A stretch of 61,563 nucleotides of DNA, counting the filler, from Platydemus manokwari (taxonomy: Eukaryota): assembly GCA_037951405.1 (NCBI GenBank). It is 6 parts of 6 records of this genome, joined end to end, with 100 filler letters (N's around TTAATTAATTAA, not from the genome) between each part and the next. Parts side by side here need not be neighbours in the genome. Positions count along the whole stretch, not along the records: positions 51,921 to 61,563 come from JBBMOY011223210.1; 5 more parts are not named here. One strand, given 5' to 3'. Positions 51,921-61,563 of the stretch are shown here, piece after piece. Position 1 is the stretch's first letter, and every line of letters begins with the position of its first letter. A program made the translations under genes and the position numbers. The notes beneath the pieces were generated by a model, which saw only the letters and a list, made by a program, of their open reading frames with translations, was not told where the DNA came from and ran no database searches.

Positions 51921-54900
51921 TAATATTCGCAAAATACCATTAAACGTTATAAAGCCTGTCGTTTTATAAACTAATATTATAATCAATATTTAATCAATAT
52001 TTTAATTATCTAATCTGCGGATAATTAGTTTGATTTAATTAGTCATTTAATTATTGTTTTAATTATTTCAAAAAATTTAAATAACTTTTAAACATTTCAA
52101 ATGAAATAAATGGTTAGAAATAATTTTCAAAAACTTGTTGGAATATTGTAATTGGATATACTTTGTGGGTTGAATATCTTAAATTCGTTTTCAATTCATA
52201 TTTAACGAAATAATCGCAGTTAAGAATGAGAAAGCTAAATTATAATGACAAATATTTTAATTAAAATTTATAAACTAAAAATAATATTTTCAATCACTCA
52301 AATTTGTCGTTAATAAGCGTTGTTTATAGTTGGGCCTACGGAATAATAAATAGTAGACGATTTAATTGGCTAAGACTACTTCAATAAAATTGATTTGGCT
52401 TTTTGACTTGGGTAAAAGTTTTATACAAAATGAACATTGAATAGATTTAGATAGAAGAAATTTAGCGATATATAATAAAATTTGTTCAGCACTAATTTCA
52501 CAAATACCTCTAATAGATACTTTAAAATAAAATAAAATTAATATTTCAATAAATACTCAATTTATGTAAAATGTGTGCAAGAAATCAATTCTTTGATGAC
52601 ATTTTAATTTATGTATATACTTTGAGCTCTGTGATACCTTGTTAAATATTCTAAGTATAATTTTCAATCTTAATAAAAATTAATAAAATTCTAAAATTAA
52701 ATTCATAATATCAAAGATTTGAAGAAGATTTGTTTTTTAAAATATTATTTTCCTTCGTCTCATAATTTATGGGGGTTGATTTTCAATTTAAAAATACAAT
52801 TAACGAAAACAAATTATCATCATCAATTATTTGCATACATGTCATATTATTAACAAAATTACCTTTTTTGATTTAAGCAGTCCTCCTGATTCACTAACAA
52901 AGCTTCGATCCATGATGCTAAATGATTGTGAACTGGATTTATCGATAAATTACCATTGAAAAATTAAAAAAAAATCATATACCCGTTAACATTTTACCAT
53001 CATGAAAAACAATACTGGAGATAAAATCCAGGAAAATGAAATGAGATTGATATAAAATAATGCACTATAAATAGGGACTTGAAAGATTATTTGTGATTAT
53101 GCACCAATTGGTGAAACCCAATCAATTGAGAGGTGCTTATAACCCCTCACCTTGATGTATCAAATTTCCCTTAACAAATTATAAACAACTGACTGGGATA
53201 TCAATTGGGATAATTTTCTGCAATTAGTGTTTGTGTGTAGGTAAAGTGCGTTGTGCAAAGTCAATGCGCTGTGATTCATCCAAATCGTAAAGCAGCGGAA
53301 TTATGAGAATAAGTATATTTTGGAGACTATTAAGCTATTGGTCATCTGAGACTACCTGCTAGCTCTTACCAACTGATATCAGCTGTTATTTACATAATTA
53401 CTAAAGTCTATACTAGCTATATTTGCAATCTGCCATTGATATATATACATGGGAAAATTTTCTCGGAAAATGATTTTTTTCCTACTATTGGTTTATTAAA
53501 ATTTCATAACATTGTCTTTCTTATTAATTTGTAATGAGTTGATGGGTGTGTGTAATACAGAGCATATAGTGAGTTTACATAAGCCTGTATTTCAAAAGAG
53601 TTTCGGCAGGATTTCAAAATAGTCCAATCATATCACCAATTGCACACTATTCATGTTACGATTCCAGATAGGTATCAAGTGGGTTTTCATGTAATGTTGT
53701 AAACAAACAATTTTACCTGCAAAAAATATCATTTTCAACGTTACAAAACCGATTTAATTGATCATTTTGTCCATAAAAAAGATTTAGAAATTCGTTTCGC
53801 TAATAGTAAATGGTAATAATATAATTATTCATTTTCAAAGTCAATTAATAGAAAAAAATTTCCGTATTTTGATTTTACAGAATTTACCATTATTGACTTC
53901 TTGAAAAATATTGACCTTAGAAAACTTTTATTTATCGGTTTGGTTAAAAAAGAGTTTTCATTTATTTGTAGACAAATATTTGTTTAAAATTTAAATGCTG
54001 ATAATTAATTCATTTTCTTTATTTTAACTCAAGATGGCTGCAGAGTAAAATTTGAAAAACTAATAAATTTTCGTGAAAGTTTTTCAAAGCTAAGTTTGAT
54101 AAAATATATTAAAATAATAAGCATATATCAAACATTATTTATAAATTACCCGATATTATAAGTCTAGACATAGTTGATTGCTTTGTGATTTGTAAATCTA
54201 AATGAATAAATTAATCCGTAATAATTGCATACAAGATTTAAATATTTCTTAAAATGTATTAAATTTATTTGTTTATTTATTTTATATATGATTTAAGTAG
54301 AAATCTGTAACTGAAACTCGAGTACAATATCTTTCATTCCATTTATTGTTTGTCATTATTGCTTATATATTATTATATAAAATTTATTATGTAACCATTA
54401 AATTCCTTCTCTAACTCCTATGCCCAACGGGTGGAGAAAGTCTATCTTGGTACTATTCAACATGTACTATAAAATTTTTCAACAAATTAAACTAATCTCT
54501 CATTATTTATCTGCTATTTTTATCTAAAATTTTTGTATGTTGTTTTATTTTAAGATTTTTCAAGTACTTTCAAAAGTTTATCACGGAAAATAAGGTAATT
54601 GAGATGAATTTTAATTATTTTTCGAAAGTTTATTTCAAGTAAATAGGGTTAATTGTTTGAAATGAAGAACAGAAAATAATTATTTCAAAATCAAGCGATG
54701 AAAAGATTTGTGACAGTTTCTTTATTAAAGTCTTAATTAATAAGAAACAAAACATGAAGAACATCAGAATTTTTATATTTTAAAAAATTTATATAAATAA
54801 CATTTTCATTAACTTTGACTTTTCACTTATCAATGGTAAATGGATAATAAAATTTTTGAAATATCGAAGATGCTAAGGTTTGATTAACTGATTTAAATTG

Positions 54901-57900
54901 TGTCAGATATGAATATATTCTGATGCATACAATTCTAATGATGGGATTTTACTTGTGTTATTGATCACAAGTGCTTTATTGTAATGTCGAATTAATTTGT
55001 GGCGATACCCCCCACTAATCTGATCTGATTCCTTTCAAATTATAGGTTTCTTTTATAAAATCAATATTTATGAAAACAAATAAGCTTTATTAGTGATACA
55101 ATAGTATCAAATATGTGTAATAATGATACATTAACAATAAATTGATTTTAAAATAACGTCACTGAATTTAATATTAGAGCTGTAGTATTCTGAAGAGTAG
55201 TTGTAGGAAAAAACACTGATTCTGAAAGAAATAAACGAAGTGCGAATTTTTTAAAGGATGTAGATAGCTTGTTTACATAAATTTTCATTTATAGATTCAA
55301 CTGACAAACCAACTTCCCTTAGTACATGTTCTCTTACCAAGTTAATTGAATTATTGTTATGAAAATTTTAAATTAAAATGGCCCATTCTGAAACCACTCA
55401 TTGTTAACCTTGCTTTTCTGATTCTGACAAAAATTTATGTTATAGTTTTATGTACCAAATATTTGGTGACATATAAATGTCACTGCATTTATTGAATTTG
55501 TTGGCATTTTAAATCCCATTCTTTGTTTTCGAATTTCTTCAGTGCTTTTGCTTAAGAAAATTCTGCCCAAGAAACATATTATAATGACAATTATGAACAT
55601 TATTATGAGAACGAAAGCTACATAAGCGTGACGATTGTGATTTGAAAACTATAGCTATACTATAGTTATTTCCTGAACTTTATCCAACTATTTCTCATAA
55701 TTATTTGATATTATAAATAGTAAAGAGTACTGAAATCAAATGCGAATTATTAAACTTGAAAAAATGATAAAAATAATATGAGAACAATAGGCTGAACAAA
55801 TATTGTAATGTATATGAAATGAACACCAAATTTTATTACACTCGAGATATTTACATAACTAGAGTAACCTCCAAGTGAATAGATTCCAGTGTTATCAACT
55901 ACTGGAAAAGAATCTCTTCCTTAAGTAGTGAAGATTCAAAATATTTTAATAAAATTCTTGTATTTTTAACAAAAACACACACTGCCATGGAAATAATCAA
56001 GACCTCAAATTCTACAAAAATTACAAAAACATATTGAATAATTTTTAAATAAATAAATTGAAATTTAAGTTCATGCCAAAAATATTCTTAATGGTGTGTT
56101 CCTATATAAAAAAGAAGAGTTTATAACTAGATGTCTTTCTATTCATTATCTACATCTCCCTGTGCATTTATCAAAATAATAAATTCATTTCTACCATTTC
56201 CTAAACTATTAGTTGCCATGACAATGACAGCATAGAAAATAATAACATTTATTCATAATGAAAATAATAACTTGTAAAAATATAAGCTAGAAAAGCTGAT
56301 TGGTACGAAAATGATAATGTGTGATGATGTTATGAATAATGAATGGATTTTGGCAAGACTCCAATAGATGGAAATTTTTATTGAAATTCTTAACGTAAGA
56401 ATTTCATTCTTTTCTTGGAGAATTTCGTTAAATTGCAATTTCTGGTTCAGTCATCAGGCATAAAATAATGCGCTGAAAAGACAAGTCTTTATTAATATAT
56501 TTCGTTTTATTTAGTTTTATATTTCGTGTCAGATGTCGTAGATATTTTACACGATATTGAAATCTTAGGATTATTTTATACAGTTTTTAAAATGATTTAC
56601 TTAGATTGGAAGAAAATATATTGATTCCTTTAATTGTTATTTATAAATAAAGGAATTTATAATCATTGTTGTAATATTTAAGGGACATAAATTCACCAAT
56701 ATATTTTGAAATAATGGGGATATGTTTATTTTATATTATTTTAATATGATGAATCAAACAAACAAAGAAAGTCAAATCACACTTTTTCAAAATCTCTTTA
56801 ATTTCCGAGACATCTCAAATCCATCTTTTCGATATTCTTGCCTTTGATTTAAGGAAATTTTTAATAACTGCAAAAAGCGCCTGATTTTTTTGAATCTTTA
56901 AATTATTTAGATATTTCATGTATAATATTGGAATATTTTTCTTTTCTAAGCAAATTTTCTTCCACAATAAAAAGAAATTATTTTTTTCTTTCTGGTATGA
57001 TAATAAGATTGATAATAACAAAGATAATAACATTTCTTTCGATTGATGTTTTTGCTTCCCTTGAGCTCGCCGTATTCGTGGATTTGTGTGTTCTGTCACA
57101 ATCTCGGATAGAGGTAATCCATATTGCAATAACACTTATCCAGACGTGGATTAGTGTGGTCAGAGTTAGGGAATGAGAATTATCAAATGCTACACATATT
57201 CCATTGATGTATATGATATTATAATTTCATAACTAACGATTTGCACATCGAATTTAAACAAATAAAAACCATTCCCCGTCTATAAAAGCAGTCACTTTAA
57301 TTGAATTATTGAAAATCCCCCAATGAAGAAATCAAATCAAATTTCAACATTGGTTATTAAAAACTATTTCCAGTGATTCTATAAAAATCACAAAAATATG
57401 TTACTGATTAATATGTTGCCGAATTGGTAAATTGAAATAAATAGAACTTTGAAATTAACGGCAATCGAACACATGGTTGAATTTTTATGAAAATCCAATG
57501 CTAGCTGTTGGCTGCCACTATTTTATTAAACACGAATTTATAACAAGCTTAAGAAGTTCAACCAACAATATATTTGATTTCAAAAAGATATTTTTCACCA
57601 TTGATGGTTTTGATATTAATATTTTTCTTATTTGTATTTATTATATAAAATTTATTTGTCATAACTGCATAATCTTCATAACAGCCTTGTTAAAAATTAA
57701 ATAAACTGGTATATTTTATCTATAAAAACAATATGTTTCGTCATCTCTAAATAATTTATTTATTTTCAACTTTACTTTATGATATTGAGCTCAAACTATT
57801 AATTAAATACAGCCAGTAGTATTCGATTTGAATTGTCATGCTTGAAATTAGAAATAAAGAACAATATGTATTTTAAAGTATTCTCACGAAAGATAACTTT

Positions 57901-58758
57901 TAGTTAATTAAACTAATTTTAAATAATATGATTTTGTAACGCCAAGGTTACCATGTGGTATTTTAAAGTTGAGAGATGAGTTCAATACATTGTAGAATGT
58001 CTAAAATGTAGATCTCATTTTCGAATATTTCATAAAAATATATTTTAAATTTTAAAATTTGGAAATTAATTAGAAATCCACTCAACTAAACAAAATGACA
58101 TACAGTTGATGTAATTTTTTAATAATATTTGATAATTTTTATGCAATTAAATTTCAGTTTTATATTTAAATTATTAAATAAATTTTTTAACTTCGAAGTT
58201 CTTAACTTTGCATTCCGAGTTCTATTTTTTGATTTATTTGAAAATTTATGCATTTCCAAACAGGCAATCTTTGAAAGAAAATCTAATAATTGACATCATA
58301 AATGTCAAAATGATGTCTTATCCTCATTACATTTGTTATCCTCGTGGAGAAATTTGATTTGTGTGTACGCATTTACCATTCGTAATTCGATGTATCAACA
58401 ATTCTTAAATTATCTGAATTATTAAGTGACTCGAGACTGCAATGAGTTTGGAATATATGATTTACCCCTAATTAGCTTTGAAAATAATAAAATTGATAAT
58501 AAATGACAGTGTTATTGATTGATCCCGATCATCCTTTGATGACCGCCGATCTTGATATGATTGTATAATTGATTGGAATATAATTTCTACTCATATTACA
58601 AAAATAAAATTTCACATTTCTAAATAATGATAAACATATTATAAATAAATTAAGATAGATAACGTCACTCTAAACTGCTTGAAATCCTTATGTACAAGAT
58701 GAGGTGATTGTTAGATAAATTTCAGTAAAAATAGGGATTACTATATTCCCAAAGAAAA

Positions 58759-59241
58759 TTATTCATTCTGCATTATAGATACATCGTATTCATTAACGGA
58801 AGAAGTTGGACTCCGATTGAGAAAATCACTTTCCTTTGCAAAGCTTCCGTGTCTTTGGTATTTAATGCTATGATTTCTGTTAGTAATTGGAATATTAGAA
58901 CATGTAACATGTGGTACATACACAGATGATGTGTGTATTTGTATTGAAGATGCTTGAGCGTTCTTGTTAACAGATTTGGAGTTGTTGATCGGTTCACGAC
59001 TATTATCAAATTATTAATAAAAATAAATTTTTAATTCATTTATACCATATAGCAATAATGCCAAGTATTACAAAGATAATAAATACAACCAATGCCAAGA
59101 TTACTGCATACATCCAAAAATTATCCACTCCATCTGCTATATTATTAGAAAATATCATTTATTACGTTATGAAAATAATTTTAATAACTTACGTGGTAAA
59201 TATATTGGTCCATTTGACTCTGGTGAGGAAGCGTGACTCAT
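58759..59241 (-). CDS. Unrecognised small single-pass membrane protein, 125 aa, 3 exons
   Basis: Exons 59241-59193, 59133-59046 and 58999-58759, with 59-nt (GTAAGT...TAGCAG) and 46-nt (GTATAA...TAG) introns and phases 1/2 consistent. Protein MSHASSPESNGPIYLPHGVDNFWMYAVILALVVFIIFVILGIIAICREPINNSKS...QRHGSFAKESDFLNRSPTSSVNEYDVSIMQNE*. Confidence 0.78.
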
Positions 59242-59685
59242 AATAAAAATGAGTAGTTATTTTATAGAAAAAATAGAATTAATATTTCCAATAGCTTATT
59301 TCCTTTTATTAAACAAGTAAGAATGATTACAATTGAATATAATTGGTTGAATAAAATTTCTTCCCTACTAATAACTATTGATTTTTAAACAACGTTTTAT
59401 TTACATTAATTTTTATAATAAAATATTAGTCCAGTAAATTTATTTTTTCATAAATAATAATTTATTATCTTGATTTAAAACAAAACAAAGATAGAGTAAA
59501 TATTATATCACTAATCACGAAATTTCCTTAACAAAATTGATGTTATTGTTTAAATTGATGAATTTATTTATAATTGCCGGTGAATATAAAAATAAATAAT
59601 CTAAAATTTAGATTCTAAAATTAAATTTTAATAATCATGAAATTAAAATTATGAGCAAAGTATTTCATCAAAATATTTTATTGTT
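59242..59685. promoter_or_regulatory. Probable bidirectional promoter/5'UTR region
   Basis: 444 nt of very AT-rich DNA between two divergent ATGs (59241 minus, 59686 plus). No specific elements identified. Confidence 0.5.
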
Positions 59686-61197
59686 ATGGCAACATCAGAT
59701 TACTCTTCTACCTTTACATCATCAAATGATGGGTCTGTAATTATAGTGAATAACATCTATTAAATGCAAATTTTCATTTTCAGTGAATGTCTTTTTCAGA
59801 GTCCTGCTCAAATTATGGTTAGACAAGATATTGGATGGGAGCCCATGGGAATGGGAGGTCTTAGCCGAATTGAGGTAAAACAGAAGCCAAGTCTTCTTAA
59901 TAATGAAGGTTTCGAATATTTTATTGAAGCGTATAAATTAACTAATTCAAACGAAAGAAATGTAAAAGATTTTCTACCTTTAATTTTTTTCTTATAACAA
60001 GACTTTCAGCTCAGTTTAGAGTGTAAACTCGATTCTGATACTAGCTATTATAGAATCAGTCCTACATTTCATTGCTGGACTACCAAAAACGATAAAATTG
60101 GACTCACTTTTGATACTTATGAGGCAGCTGAGAATTTTGAGAAGCTATTTCAACAGATTTTAAAACGTTTGGAAAAAGGTATTTAATAACTGAAAATTTG
60201 GACAGTAAATTAACTTTACTATTTTTACAACTAAGATTTTATTTCAATTGTTTTAATTTTAATAAGTTAATTTTAAATTTAAAAATCAAGATTTTATCTT
60301 TTATTTAATATTACTTAATGAAAAAATTGATTGGTTAATGGTTTTTGTTTCACAATTTTCTAATAATCAATTCAATAAAAATTTTTTACCAATTTTCAGG
60401 AACTTGCAATCAGAAATGTGATGATGAATCTGATCTGACAGCCAATATAAATAATAAAGACAAAAATTCTAAAACCCCTCGAGCCACCAAAGATGAACTG
60501 TTGATTAAAGCTTGGGGCTCTTGCCAGCACATTGGTCAAGGTGATATTCCATGTCAAATGAAATGTTTTCAATCACCACCAACTACCTATTCTCAAATTC
60601 ATGATTGTATAGCCTCACCGAATCTTGATTCACTATCTCGACATTATCATAGCCCATCTGCTGCTAGTGCCCCATGCTTGTTACGTCTAAACATTGGTCC
60701 TGCATTTGAAACTGTTCCCGGATCATCGGTTAATGAGGGGCCTTCACCAGCGATAACTGGATGGCTGACAAGACTACTAGCATGTGTCGGCCAACGACCT
60801 CCATACGATAATCGTCTAAGTAGAAGCAGTGCTAATTCCGGTAGTTGCAGTAGTCGTCAACGATCCAGAAGACACCCTCGTACCAGCCAAGATGGACCTT
60901 CTTGTACCAGCGCCCTTCAAGATAGTTCAGTGTCAAATGAAGGTACAAGTGGAGATAATATGATGTCTTGGCTACCTGCTAAAAGACCTCGAAATAGTCA
61001 TCGACCGGGTATTCTGATTTGTGTATACTGTCGTCGAAGATTCCGTCCTCAAAGCAATCCTCCTGGAAGTTGTGAACTCGCTCCAGATAAGGCTCGTCAA
61101 TTCGTCGATCTATTAACTTGTAGACCATGCGGTCACCAATTTATTCAATGTTTTTATCGCAGTATCAGTAATCCCTCTGTCACTGATTCCGATCTCA
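59686..61197 (+). CDS. SPRED: Sprouty-related EVH1 domain protein, 3'-partial (exons 1-4)
   Basis: Exons 59686-59732, 59784-59961, 60010-60178 and 60400-61197, phase-consistent. EVH1: AQIMVRQDIGWEPMGMGGLS...LECKL...ISPTFHCW...KIGLTF...AENF. Sprouty domain start: CVYCRRRF...NPPGSCELAPD...LTCRPC. Donor GTGAGT at 61198, so the domain should continue beyond the window. Confidence 0.93.
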
Positions 61198-61563
61198 GTG
61201 AGTACTTGTAGCGATTTATTTAAAATTTCTTTCGCCATAATTCATATTTTACCCATTCGATTGGTTAGTTTTATTGCTGGTCTTCATTTCTGTTGTATAT
61301 TTCTGTACGTGTGTGTGTGTGGATGTTAATCACCATTCATAAAGCTTGTCTTTTTATTAATTTATTGGTATATTGATGATATAGATATTTTTCAAGACAA
61401 AAAATCAATATGTCCAAATATTATTTCATATTTACTTATCGGTAGTTCTACTCGTATCTTCTTCAATTGGTTATTATAGCTCACTTAATAGTTTGAAATC
61501 AATCAGAGAATTTTATTGATTTTCTACCATTTATTGGATAAAATTGATTCTTATATGATATTT

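Noticed and set aside
56425-56460. CUGAUGA...GAAA on the minus strand, hammerhead-like core (similar words at ~28315 and ~29453)
   Set aside because: Stems I-III and the NUH cleavage site cannot be formed.
61198-61211. Apparent SPRED stop at 61211 truncating the Sprouty domain
   Set aside because: A consensus donor GTGAGT at 61198 indicates the ORF runs into an intron and the gene continues outside the window.
1-61563. CRISPR arrays, prokaryotic operons, rRNA or tRNA genes
   Set aside because: The sequence is intron-containing eukaryotic DNA; I saw no repeat-spacer array or RNA-gene signature.

Overview
AT-rich eukaryotic genomic scaffold with short (about 46-100 nt) GT-AG introns and six assembly gaps, five of them 100-nt spacers containing a TTAATTAATTAA linker. 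Composition, intron size and gene content fit an invertebrate, most plausibly a planarian flatworm (inference). Manual splicing recovers five host genes that the ORF track shows only partly or not at all: PDCD10/CCM3 (6 exons, minus), a PLPP4/5-type lipid phosphate phosphatase (6 exons, minus), a single-ORF rhodopsin-like GPCR (plus), SPRED (EVH1 + Sprouty domain, plus, continuing past the window) and an unrecognised 3-exon, 125-aa single-pass membrane protein head-to-head with SPRED. The rest is largely decayed transposons: a RLE-type non-LTR RT, Gypsy elements (one with 110-bp AGT..ACT LTRs), a full-length dead mariner, hAT/Buster and pogo/Tigger deletion derivatives, and a Polinton/virus-like A32 packaging-ATPase pseudogene beside a tryptophan-repeat fragment. 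The most interesting candidate is the PDCD10 stop codon: it is UGA-CGG, followed by a predicted stem-loop and 143 more in-frame sense codons with a hydrophobic segment, suggesting a readthrough-derived membrane-anchored CCM3 isoform.
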